A stretch of 63,761 nucleotides of DNA, counting the filler, from Octopus bimaculoides (Eukaryota), in NCBI RefSeq assembly GCF_001194135.2. It is 5 parts of 4 records of this genome, joined end to end, with 100 filler letters (N's around TTAATTAATTAA, not from the genome) between each part and the next. Parts side by side here need not be neighbours in the genome. Positions count along the whole stretch, not along the records: positions 44,846 to 52,258 come from NC_068999.1; positions 52,359 to 63,761 come from NC_069009.1; 3 more parts are not named here. One strand, given 5' to 3'. Made by a program: the position numbers and the translations under genes. The notes beneath the pieces are model-generated. The model worked only from the letters and a program-made list of their open reading frames with translations, was not told the origin of the DNA and searched no databases. Numbering within the stretch: the first letter of the stretch is position 1; every line of letters begins with the position of its first letter. This document shows positions 51,801 to 63,761 of this stretch, piece by piece.

Positions 51801-52458
51801 TAACTTCTTGGAGGCAGCAGATATCGACACATCTCCGTTCAATCATCTCAACAATTTCACCAGATCTACCTTTCAGAGTGCCTAAGTTGAGAGTGCCAAC
51901 CCCGAGGATGTGGGAGGTATGGGCCCGTGAGACCCTGGGGTGGGGGACAGCCGCATCATGTACCTGAAAAGAAAGCTCGCATTTTGCAGAATTCATAGGC
52001 AATCAGTAGTATTCATTTCAGCCTGCATCTACTATACTATCGTATTTTGCACCAAATGATCACTACCTTGCATAGGGGATAAACCCTAAGTGGGGGTAGG
52101 AGGTCTTTAGAAGTGTTCATGGAAGACAGTCAAGTACTACCTGTACTGGTGTAGGAGATAGGAACTTCCGGTACTGGTGGTGGGTGTGGGAGGGTGGGTG
52201 CACCAAGCTATTGCTGCAAGGGACTTTTGTGGAGTGTGGGAATTGGGTGCGTGTGCTANNNNNNNNNNNNNNNNNNNNNNNNNNNNNNNNNNNNNNNNNN
52301 NNTTAATTAATTAANNNNNNNNNNNNNNNNNNNNNNNNNNNNNNNNNNNNNNNNNNNNATGTGTATGTATGTATGTATGTATGTATGTATGTATGTATGT
52401 GCGTGTACATGTGTGCGCGTATGCATCTGTGTACATGCGTATGTTTGTGTGCATGCCT

Positions 52459-52980
52459 ATAGCAGCCAAATCTCCCTAGAAATCACACACTGCTGTCTTA
52501 TGTATGTATATATGTATGTATGGGCCAATGAGGGAGACCTTTACATGGTAGATAGACCAGGTAGAAATAGCAGTCAAATCTCCCTCAAATCACACTCTAC
52601 TGTCTTATGTATGTAGATATGTTTGTATGAGCCAATGAGGGAGACCTCTACATGGTAGATAGACTGGGTAGAAACAGCAGCCAAATATCCCTCAAATCAC
52701 ACCTATTGTCTTATGTATGTATATAATATGTATGAGCCAATAAGGGAGACCTCTACACAGTAGCTACACCGGGGAGAAATAGCAGCCAAATATCCCTCAA
52801 ATTGCACCCTGCTGTTTTATCTATGTAGATATGTATATATGAGCCAATGAGGGAGACCTCTACATGGCAGATAGACCGGCTAGAAATAGCAGCCAAATCT
52901 CCCTCAAATCACATCCTACTGTCTTATGTATGTAGATATGTATGTATGAACCAATGAGGGAGACCTTTATATGGTAGCCA
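52459..52980. repeat. ~107-bp tandem array, 5 units
   Basis: ccaat(g/a)agggagacc at 52525, 52632, 52737, 52844, 52951. Confidence 0.9.
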
Positions 52981-53676
52981 GAATTTAGGGAGTTTATGAG
53001 ATTGAATTTTCCCCTCCTTGAAATGTGAAAACTGTTTCTCTGTAGTCTTTCAGTAATAGTGCCTTGTCCATACACAGTATAAATGTTTGGAATGGCTTGG
53101 AACAGCTTTGGAACCTTCAGTGAATGCAAAGAGAAGTAGGTGTTGGAAACAATGGTTTGTCATTCGTCTTTTTTTTTTTTTTTTTCTACTTGATACTGAA
53201 ATGTCATGTCTGAAAAGAAATAAAATTTATTGAAATTTCAAAAATGATGAACAAAAGTTTGAGAGGAAGAAAAGGGCTACAAATAAACCATAAAACACTA
53301 TGATAAGAATATTTTTTCTATAAATGCAAACGACTTTGTATTTATATGTAACCATTCATTGGCTCATACAAACATATCTACATACATAAGACAGTAGAGT
53401 GCGATTTGAGGGAGATTTGACTGCTATTTCTACCTGGTCTATCTACCATGTAAAGGTCTCCCTCATTGGCCCATACATACATATATACATACANNNNNNN
53501 NNNTTTCTACTTGATACTGAAATGTCATGTCTGAAAAGAAATAAAATTTATTGAAATTTCAAAAATGATGAACAAAAGTTTGAGAGGAAGAAAAGGGCTA
53601 CAAATAAACCATAAAACACTATGATAAGAATATTTTTTCTATAAATGCAAACGACTTTGTATTTATATGTAACCAT

Positions 53677-53856
53677 TCATTGGCTCATACAAACATATCT
53701 ACATACATAAGACAGTAGAGTGCGATTTGAGGGAGATTTGACTGCTATTTCTACCTGGTCTATCTACCATGTAAAGGTCTCCCTCATTGGCCCATACATA
53801 CATATATACATACATAAGACAGCAGTGTGTGATTTCTAGGGAGATTTGGCTGCTAT
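53677..53856 (-). repeat. Inverted near-identical copy of 52459-52638
   Basis: 180-bp reverse complement with one visible mismatch; partial second copy at 53356-53493. Confidence 0.88.
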
Positions 53857-54439
53857 TTCACACACGTCCATCTACCACGTAGTGGTCTTCCTCCCTCATT
53901 TTGTATGTAAGGTATGCAAAGTCACAGAGGCTCTTAAGTGGAAGTAAATTGGCGAGTGGTTTGGGCGGTAGTAGAAAGGGGTTGGCAGAGCATTTCACAC
54001 CCGGGAGGGACACTACATTATGCAAAGAGGTTAATAATTATGGTGATGGTAATAGCAGGAGTGGTGACTGGAGGAGGGTGGAGAGAGTTGGGGGTGGGCG
54101 ATAATGATCGTGGTGAGAGGGAGTGGGGAAGGGTTGGTTGTGATGACGGTGTGGTTGTAGTGTTGGTGTTATAGTGGTGATGATGGAGGTGGTGGCCATC
54201 TGAAGTAACACTGGTGGTATGGTATGTTGTTTGAGTGAGAGTTGGTGGTGATTTTGGTGGTGCTGGTGCTGGCGTTGATGTTTTTGGTATCGGTAGTGGT
54301 GGTTGGGATGATAATGGTGGTATTGGTAATGATATCGGTGGTGGTGATAGTCCTGGTGATGTAATTGTCACTGTAAACACAACCGTTATAAATTGTTAGT
54401 TAAATAACAACTTGGTTTCAGTAACATTTCACATAAGTA

Positions 54440-54600
54440 GCCACAGACATGGCTGTGTGGTTAAGAAGCTTACCTTGCAGCCACCAGGTTCCTGGTTCAG
54501 TCCTGCTGCAGCACCCATCTTAGACAAGTGTCTTCTATTATAGCTCCAGGCTGACCAAAGCCTTGTGAGCAAATTTGGAAGAAAATTGAAAAAAGCCCAT
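54440..54600 (+). mobile_element. SINE family C 5' half between a (GGT)-rich and a (CCA/CAC)-rich tract
   Basis: catggctgtgtggttaagaagc...gaccaaagccttgtgag. Confidence 0.75.
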
Positions 54601-56439
54601 CCTCCCATCCCACCCCACCCCCATCCCTTGGCCACCCCACTCTTGCCTCCTCCACACCCCAACACTACCACACCACACACCACCACACCACACACCACCA
54701 TACCACACCACACCACACACACTAGCACTGACCACTTTCCAGCACCTACACTATCATCCACATATGCACACGTTAATGTCACCAGCCCCCTCCCACATGC
54801 ACATAGACGTTCTCACATACACACGCACTCGCATCTTCATTTTGGGATCACCACTACTTTATTATCTCCCCTTCTTCCTAGCTCTCCTGTGTGACCCCTC
54901 TGTCCAGCATTCACCCTAATAGATCGCTAGCTACTAAACCTTTTTCTATTTTCTCTCCATGTTTATTTCTGCATTCCTTTCTCCAAAATGTGATTGTTCC
55001 TCACCAATTCTTGACAACCAGTGTTGGTTTGTTTACATCCTTGTAACTTAGCAGCTTGGCAAAAGAGACTGGTGGAATAAGTACCACGTTCAGAATAAAA
55101 TAAGTACTGGCGCGAGGGTGGGGGGTTGCCCCATTACTTTTCTCATGTTTGTAAAACTTTAAGCAATGCAAATTTAAGACAAACGGCCAATACACAAAGA
55201 GAGATAAGTACTATGAAATGTTTCTAAGCCTGCCACCTCTGACAAGTACATAGTTTTACGTGACCGGGTTGTTATCTAAGATTCAGTTTATGAGCCAGTG
55301 CAAAACCAATTTATAATGGATTTTATTCTTTATTTTATTCTGTATTTTGTTTAGCACTTTCTTCCTTATAATCTGACCATTAAGTTATAGTCAACCTGAC
55401 CCTTTTTCCCTTTCCATTTGTCAGTTAATTTATTTTGTATTTTGATTGGCAACAACTGGAAATGACACACTGCTTTGAGTATGCATTCTTACACTGAGTA
55501 AAATGACAGTAGGATCTTACATAGAATCTATTTAAACATTCACCTGAAGAGGTGTATTTTATACCTTGTATGGATGATAATTATTACGCAACATTTCACC
55601 AATGTACTATGAATGTAAAAATGTATCAAAACAGTTGTAATGATTTTAAATAATAAATATCGTTCATTCCATTTTCTGTCATTTTTATACATGTACACTC
55701 TTTTACTCTTTTACTTTATTCATTCAAATGAATAAGAATCTTAGTAAATGCATTATGGATTTGTAAGACAGGAACATTAACTGATGTAAAGTGGTCCATT
55801 ATTAGTTATGCACCATCTTGAAATACTGGTAATTTTAAATGCAGTTTTTGCCTTGAGGTAATGTATCACATAATTACTTCTAAATTAGTATTATTAAATT
55901 GTAAAAGGTATTTTATGTTAAACTGTTCTCACAAAAATAGAAAAACATTTAAACATTTCAATACTAAATAACCCATTAATTATAATTGCTTTTCATATAA
56001 TCTAATATGCATAATTGTTCTAAAAAAATTTTTCAGCATATTTAATAGACGGCTAATTATCAGGACATAAAATTTCTGTTTCTAATTGTCATGACATTGA
56101 GTTCCTGTTTATTCATTATTCTTTTGTCATCCACTGACATCATAAAAAATTAAATAATAAACTGGCTTTTCATAGAATATTATATTTCTTCATAATGTTC
56201 TTTTTTATGTGTTCATCTACTGAATTATTTTCTTAGTTCACTTTGAACTTAACCCATTTTGGTTTGTCTTGATATCGTTGTATTAACAGATATTTGTGGA
56301 GAGACGAATTTGACTGGTATTCTATACCTTTTTCTGTATTTAAATATCCTGGCACAATAGAAATGTTTATTAGTTATGCGTGGTGTAATCACCAATTAAA
56401 GATGTGATTTTCTCCATTCTTATATATATATATATATTC

Positions 56440-56640
56440 GCCATGATAGATCGCTGACTACTACACATATTTTTTTCTCCCCTTGTTTCTCTCCTTATTT
56501 TTTTCTTTGTTCCTTTCTGTTGAAGAGCGTAGGCTCGAAACGTTAAAGACTTTCTCTATTCCCGAGCGTTATACTGATACATCCATTTGTTGTTTACACC
56601 ACCTGTCTTCGTCTGTTGTTTTTTCTTGAATTCTCCCCTA
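56440..56640 (-). mobile_element. Penelope-like terminal repeat, inverted relative to the 24150 copy
   Basis: ttcctttctgttgaagagcgtaggctcgaaacgttaaagac. Confidence 0.6.
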
Positions 56641-57326
56641 TATATATTATCCAAAGTGTACATGTCTCCATGTCCCGGAGATCATGGGACATGGGGACAG
56701 AGTAGCCAATTGTAGAAGTGTCGATGTTTCCCTGTCATCGTACTCTAGTCGACCATCGCCGATTTGGAGGAGTTGAGAAGAAAATGGCGAAGAGGGAAGC
56801 CCAGTTTGGAACAAAATATTCTGTCATAAAATCATGGGACCAATGGTAGTCAAAAAGACCAAAAATAGAATATTTATAAGTCTTTGATTTATAGACCAAC
56901 CCTTACATGAACTTTTCCGTAATATTGTTAACGTAACAACATATTTTCAAGTATTAACGTCATGAGCAGAACGAGAAATAGTACAAAAGTCAAATGTTAA
57001 ACTTAACATAGAAATAGTTTAGGAATTGTTAGTTGTGAAATAAGCAAAAGAAATAATCTCAAGGAAACGTACCTTTTGTTTCAAGTGCAAAGAGTGAAAA
57101 TAAATCCGAGTGAAAACAAAAGTTTTACCACAATTAACAGTTTACTAACCGAAACAACGTTTGTAAACAGGAATGTAATAAAAACGAAATACAATAAGTG
57201 TGATAATGCTTTCGTTTTTCATAACTNNNNNNNNNNNNNNNNNNNNNNNNNNNNNNNNNNNNNNNNNNNNNNNNNNNNNNNNNNNNNNNNNNNNNNNNNN
57301 NNNNNNNNNNNNNNNNNNNNNNNNNN

Positions 57327-57366
<40 letters not shown>

Positions 57367-57896
57367 TACACAAATGTATAAATTTATACATACAATGTAC
57401 TAGTGATATATACAGTAGCATAAAAAAATCAGTATACATGCTAATGTATAAGTTATACACTCACAAACGTGAATGCACACACATGCATACACACAAGTAT
57501 ACCCAAACACAAGAATACATATAAATACACATACACATGTATACACACATATAAAACTAACAACAAGACATACAGTATGTATACGATATCGAAACGCATG
57601 CAAAATTGATGAAATTAGCACAAGGAGTTTGTAGTTGATTGTGGTATGTGTGTATATATTTATATAATACATAACCGTATTATGTGTGTATATATATATT
57701 TACATATGAACAAAGACATAATCTATTTGTGTTATATATGTGTGTATGCATGTGTGTGTATACACATGTATACATACATAAGCATGTATGCATTTTTATT
57801 TTATAAATACATGCACACACACACACACACACACATATATACATACACATGCATGGATATGCATAAGCATATATATCATATACATGTTTACACACA

Positions 57897-57940
<44 letters not shown>

Positions 57941-59042
57941 NNNNNNNNNNNNNNNNNNNNNNNNNNNNNNNNNNNNNNNNNNNNNNNNNNNNNNNNNNNN
58001 NNNNNNNNNNNNNNNNNNNNNNNNNNNNNNNNNNNNNNNNNNNNNNNNNNNNNNNNNNNNNNNNNNNNNNNNNNNNNNNNNNNNNNNNNNNNNNNNNNNN
58101 NNNNNNNNNNNNNNNNNNNNNNNNNNNNNNNNNNNNNNNNNNNNNNNNNNNNNNNNNNNNNNNNNNNNNNNNNNNNNNNNNNNNNNNNNNNNNNNNNNNN
58201 NNNNNNNNNNNNNNNNNNNNNNNNNNNNNNNNNNNNNNNNNNNNNNNNNNNNNNNNNNNNNNNNNNNNNNNNNNNNNNNNNNNNNNNNNNNNNNNNNNNN
58301 NNNNNNNNNNNNNNNNNNNNNNNNNNNNNNNNNNNNNNNNNNNNNNNNNNNNNNNNNNNNNNNNNNNNNNNNNNNNNNNNNNNNNNNNNNNNNNNNNNNN
58401 NNNNNNNNNNNNNNNNNNNNNNNNNNNNNNNNNNNNNNNNNNNNNNNNNNNNNNNNNNNNNNNNNNNNNNNNNNNNNNNNNNNNNNNNNNNNNNNNNNNN
58501 NNNNNNNNNNNNNNNNNNNNNNNNNNNNNNNNNNNNNNNNNNNNNNNNNNNNNNNNNNNNNNNNNNNNNNNNNNNNNNNNNNNNNNNNNNNNNNNNNNCA
58601 CTATAAACAAAGTCCCTCATGTACTCTATGGAAAAGACGACCGTTTAAAGCTTAATTTATTTAAATGCTAATCTATTTCGCCTCTTCAATTGAGTTAGCG
58701 AAAGTAATCTTGGCTAATTCCGCACTTAACCGCTTCCCTGGGGCTGATTTTCACTTCTGTGTGTTGCCCTGACAACAGCAATTACCAAATGCTAAGCTAT
58801 TTCGAATGGAGTCAAGAAACGGTGATGTAGGAAGGATGGAGTACACCAATTATCTGTTATCAGTGTATGTGTACTCTGGTACCTGGGGTCTGATGGAGGA
58901 AGGGTGGATGCTGGGATGAGATGTGTGACTGGTCTGTCTGATGAGGTAGAATGGTACGTGAGCAGGGAACACTCCTGAGATTTGTCATGTGTGCATATGT
59001 ATATATATATATGTGTATGTGTATATATATATACAGAGAGAA

Positions 59043-59075
<33 letters not shown>

Positions 59076-59186
59076 GAAAGAGATACATACACATACATGG
59101 ATACATGCATACACATGTGTATATATATATACACACAAACACATATGTGTAGATAGATAGATGATAAATAGATAGATAGATAGATA

Positions 59187-59610
59187 GGAGTGCCTGTGTG
59201 GTAAGTAGCTTGTCTACCAACCACATGGTTCCATGGTTCCAGTCCCACTGCTTGGGCAAGTGTCTTCTACTATAGCCTCGGGCTGTGAAAGCCTTGTGAG
59301 TGGATTTAGTAGACAGAAACTGAAAGAAGCCCGTTGGTATATATGTATATATGCATGTATACATGTGTGTGTATATGTTCGTGTGTGTATATGTTTGCGT
59401 GTGTATATGTTTGTGTGTTGGTGTTTGTCCCACAACATCACTTGACAACCGATGCTGGTGTGTTTATGCCCCCGTAACTTAGCAGTTTGGCAAAAGAGAT
59501 CGATAGAATAAGTACTAGCCTTACAAAGAATAAGTCCTGGGGTCGATTTCTTCGACTAAAGGCGGTGCTCCAGCATGACCACAGTCAAATGACAGAAACA
59601 AGTAAAAAGC
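59187..59610 (+). mobile_element. SINE family C, full length
   Basis: Consensus match. Confidence 0.85.
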
Positions 59611-59641
<31 letters not shown>

Positions 59642-59897
59642 TATACATATATATATCTATATATATATATCTATATATATAGGTTATGAGAAGTAATGGT
59701 GTCAAGAAGACCCAAAGGTGTCAGGTAGTGCTGAGTAAGTGCTATGGACAGACTACAGTTAAGCTCCAGGTTCGGTGATTATGCGAATGAGGAGTCCAAC
59801 GTAGGTCATGTATTAGCATGCATATATATATAAAATTAAAAGAATGAGATAAAAAATCCAAGGCTGTGAAAGATTTCAGAACATTTATAAAGAGAAT

Positions 59898-59945
59898 GTC
59901 TTACAGCTGTTTCCGGTATATTTTATATATCCCTTCGTCAGAGAC
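59898..59945 (-). ncRNA. Type I hammerhead ribozyme motif
   Basis: gucu-CUGACGA-agggauau(auaaa)auauaccg-GAAAC-agcu-GUA-agac; palindromic stem III ACAGCUGU. Confidence 0.6.
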
Positions 59946-60159
59946 GGTATGAGAAAATGTTTAAGCAATAGTTATTCTAGAGAAGATATGTAATAGAGAG
60001 TGAAGGCGGAGGAGTGGCTGTGTGGTAAGAAGCTTGCTTCCTAACCACAGGGTTCTGGGTTCAGTGCAACGTGGGCAAATGCCTTCTACTATAGCCTCAG
60101 GCTGACCAAAGCCTTATGAGTGGATCTGGTAGATGGAAACTGAAAGAGGCCTGCAGTAT

Positions 60160-60195
<36 letters not shown>

Positions 60196-60703
60196 NNNNN
60201 NNNNNNNNNNNNNNNNNNNNNNNNNNNNNNNNNNNNNNNNNNNNNNNNNNNNNNNNNNNNNNNNNNNNNNNNNNNNNNNNNNNNNNNNNNNNNNNNNNNN
60301 NNNNNNNNNNNNNNNNNNNNNNNNNNNNNNNNNNNNNNNNNNNNNNNNNNNNNNNNNNNNNNNNNNNNNNNNNNNNNNNNNNNNNNNNNNNNNNNNNNNN
60401 NNNNNNNNNNNNNNNNNNNNNNNNNNNNNNNNNNNNNNNNNNNNNNNNNNNNNNNNNNNNNNNNNNNNNNNNNNNNNNNNNNNNNNNNNNNNNNNNNNNN
60501 NNNNNNNNNNNNNNNNNNNNNNNNNNNNNNNNNNNNNNNNNNNNNNNNNNNNNNNNNNNNNNNNNNNNNNNNNNNNNNNNNNNNNNNNNNNNNNNNNNNN
60601 NNNNNNNNNNNNNNNNNNNNNNNNNNNNNNNNNNNNNNNNNNNNNNNNNNNNNNNNNNNNNNNNNNNNNNNNNNNNNNNNNNNNNNNNNNNNNNNNNNNN
60701 NNN

Positions 60704-61070
60704 AGAGAAACATTGAACCTAAGACGCATCAGTTGTGGTGTGCAAGAGAGACGATTGCGCTGGTATGGTCATGTGGTGAGAATGGATGAGGATAGCTGTG
60801 TGAAAAAGTGCCACACCCTAGCAGTTGAGGGAACCTGTGGAAGAGGTAGGCCCAGGAAGACCTGGGATGAGATGGTGAGGCACGACCTTCGAACATTGGG
60901 CCTCACCGAGGCGATGACTTCTGACCAAGACCTTTGGAAATATGCTGTGCGTGAGAAGACCCGGCAAGCCAAGTGAGATCTAAATCCAAGGCCTCTGTCA
61001 GGGATGTAGCCAGCCCACTTGTGCGTACCTTCCTTCATTGGACACTAAACTCCGCTTGCGAAGACTTGCT
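60704..61070 (+). mobile_element. RTE LINE fragment (ORF C-terminus + start of 3' UTR)
   Basis: LRRISCGVQERRLRWYGHVVRMDEDSCVKKCHTL...REKTRQAK*; closely matches the reverse complement of ~48830-49180. Confidence 0.9.
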
Positions 61071-61441
61071 ATGGAGTTCAATATGGATATATGTGGGGTA
61101 CTTAGGTGCATTCATAACATTGCATCTGCTTTTCTGTGGCTATGTATCGGTATTCTCAGCTGATGAATGAAAAACCTTTGGGTTAATCCAGAAATTAGTC
61201 CGATCCATAAATAACTCAATTTTATGAATTTCTGCCAGCTTGTCCCTCGCTTTTCAACACATGTGTAATAATAATAATGATGATATTTAAGGGGGTTCGA
61301 CGATTTAGCATCTCCTTTCAGCATATAGGCAAGAATCTTTTTCTATGTCCTTAATTATAATTGTATTTATGATTTCACCTTAATGGATCTGTTTTTTTAT
61401 AAGCTGGCCATTCATAAAATTCTTAACAATTTTATCCTTTT

Positions 61442-61484
<43 letters not shown>

Positions 61485-62317
61485 CAGATTTGCAAAGCAT
61501 GGGTTGGCTCTGGGTTAAAGGGGACAATACTTTCCCAAATGCACNNNNNNNNNNNNNNNNNNNNNNNNNNNNNNNNNNNNNNNNNNNNNNNNNNNNNNNN
61601 NNNNNNNNNNNNNNNNNNNNNNNNNNNNNNNNNNNNNNNNNNNNNNNNNNNNNNNNNNNNNNNNNNNNNNNNNNNNNNNNNNNNNNNNNNNNNNNNNNNN
61701 NNNNNNNNNNNNNNNNNNNNNNNNNNNNNNNNNNNNNNNNNNNNNNNNNNNNNNNNNNNNNNNNNNNNNNNNNNNNNNNNNNNNNNNNNNNNNNNNNNNN
61801 NNNNNNNNNNNNNNNNNNNNNNNNNNNNNNNNNNNNNNNNNNNNNNNNNNNNNNNNNNNNNNNNNNNNNNNNNNNNNNNNNNNNNNNNNNNNNNNNNNNN
61901 NNNNNNNNNNNNNNNNNNNNNNNNNNNNNNNNNNNNNNNNNNNNNNNNNNNNNNNNNNNNNNNNNNNNNNNNNNNNNNNNNNNNNNNNNNNNNNNNNNNN
62001 NNNNNNNNNNNNNNNNNNNNNNNNNNNNNNNNNNNNNNNNNNNNNNNNNNNNNNNNNNNNNNNNNNNNNNNNNNNNNNNNNNNNNNNNNNNNNNNNNNNN
62101 NNNNNNNNNNNNNNNNNNNNNNNNNNNNNNNNNNNNNNNNNNNNNNNNTAGATACACACATCTATAGATACATACACACATTTATATATATGTAGATATA
62201 TATACACATATACACATCTGTATACACACACACACATATACATGTATACACATACACACGTACATCTATATGAATCTCTTTCTCACTCTCTCTCGTATAT
62301 GTGTGTATGTTTATATA

Positions 62318-62542
62318 CTCATTTGCTTCTTTCAGTCATTTGACTGCAGCCATGTTGGAGCACCACCTTAAGGGATTAACTGAACAAATCGAGCCCGGCA
62401 CTTATTCTTTGTAAGCCTAGTACTTATTCTATCATTCTCTTTGCCGAACCACTAAGTCACAGGGACGTAAACACACCAGCATTGGTTGCCAAACAATGGT
62501 GGGGGTGTGGGGTCAAACACAGACACAAACATACAAATATAT

Positions 62543-62626
<84 letters not shown>

Positions 62627-63327
62627 ACACATATATATGATGGGATTCTTTCAGTTTCTGTCTACCAAATCTACTCACAAGGATTTGGTTGGCCCTAGGC
62701 TATAATAGAAAGATACTTGCCCAAAGTGACATGCAGTTGGACCGAAGCCGGAACCATGTGGTTGGGAAGCAAGCTTCTTACCACACAGCAACGTATACAT
62801 TTATATGAAAATTCTATTTTATTTTTTTTCTCTCATTCTTGGGGATACGTATTCTCTTTAAGGGGACAATTCATATTTCTAGTTCCCAAATTCAGTTCTC
62901 TTTATCTCCGATACTGAGTTTGGTAACACAAACAGAAAAGAATTCAAAACACTACTAGCTTTCATCGTTTGTCTTTTACTTAATTCTCTCACTCAGCTAT
63001 GGCCATGCTGGAGTACCACATTGAAAGGTTTTCACCAAACAACAGCATGTGTTTTTTAAACCTAGTTCTTATTCTATTGGACCCCTTTTTACCAAACCAC
63101 TAAGGTACAGCGGTGGGGGACAAACACAGGCACAAAAACTCACACACAGATATATAAGTGGCTGTATGGTAAGAAACTTGTTTCTCAACTACATGCTTTT
63201 GGGTTCAGTCCCACTGTGTGGCACTTTGGACAAGTGTCTCCTACTATAGCCTTGGGCCAACCAAAGCATTGTGAGTGGATTTGGTGACGGACACTGAAAG
63301 AAGCCCATTGCATATGTATATATATGT

Positions 63328-63409
<82 letters not shown>

Positions 63410-63600
63410 CAGCCATTTGACGGCAGCCAAACTGGAGCACTGTCTTTAGTTGAACAAGTTGACCTCAGGTCTTATTCTTTGTAAACCTAGTACTTATCTT
63501 ATCGGTTTCTTTTGCCAAACCGCTAAGTTACAGGGATGTAAACACACCAGCATCGGTTCTCAAGCGATGTTGGATGGACAAACACACAGACAATAACAAA
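62318..63600. mobile_element. Cluster of SINE family C copies in both orientations
   Basis: Minus copy 62318-62793, minus fragment ~62995-63160, plus head ~63160-63310, minus tail ~63408-63600. Confidence 0.8.
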
Positions 63601-63645
63601 TATGCACATACATACATACATACATATATACACACATACATATAT

Positions 63646-63761
63646 ATCATCATCATCATCGTTTAACGTCCGCTTTCCATGCTAGCATGGGTTGGACGAT
63701 TTGACTGAGGACTGGTGAAACCGGATGGCAACACCAGGCTCCAGTCTGATTTGGCAGAGTT
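63646..63761 (-). mobile_element. RTE 3' end, cut by the window edge
   Basis: (atc)n gtttaacgtccgctttccatgctagcatggg. Confidence 0.85.

Larger units (their letters stand above)
47588..52258 (-). mobile_element. Near-full-length RTE-clade LINE, disrupted ORF
   Basis: APE endonuclease 51145-52002 (GTLNLGTL...CLQEVRW...AGDFNGHVG...QIDYIL), linker 50278-50850, RT 49587-50072 (GSVLSPLLF...LLYADDLAL), C-terminus 49051-49611; stops and frameshifts between blocks; long 3' UTR ending ...gcggacgttaaacgacgacgatgatgat. Confidence 0.93.

Noticed and set aside
53183-53814. 311-bp perfect tandem duplication
   Set aside because: Identical copies are separated by exactly 10 Ns, so this is most likely an uncollapsed contig overlap.

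Overview
Eukaryotic, AT-rich, microsatellite-dense genomic DNA with many assembly gaps. The repeat content looks like a coleoid cephalopod, probably Octopus; this is inferred from repeat style and not verified. Only one host gene is supported: a 3-exon minus-strand gene (15972->1789) encoding a 226-aa secreted protein with a signal peptide and three chitin-binding type-2 (CBM14/peritrophin-A) domains, one per exon, joined by phase-1 GT-AG introns. The rest is transposon-derived: several tRNA-derived SINE families, a near-full-length but broken RTE LINE with further RTE fragments, L1/Tx1-like and CR1/Jockey-like LINE remnants, an internally deleted mariner, MITEs and Penelope-like (GIY-YIG) remnants. 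Best second-look items: (i) multiple type I hammerhead ribozyme motifs from several sequence families, including three co-oriented ones about 1.1-1.2 kb apart around a Penelope GIY-YIG remnant; (ii) a small TIR element carrying opposed TTAGGG/CCCTAA telomere-like arrays; (iii) inverted SINEs flanking the frame-symmetric exon 2; (iv) a perfect DR2 nuclear-receptor element upstream of the chitin-binding gene; (v) a near-identical foldback inversion of a 107-bp tandem array. All folds and alignments were made by eye, and repeat boundaries are approximate.
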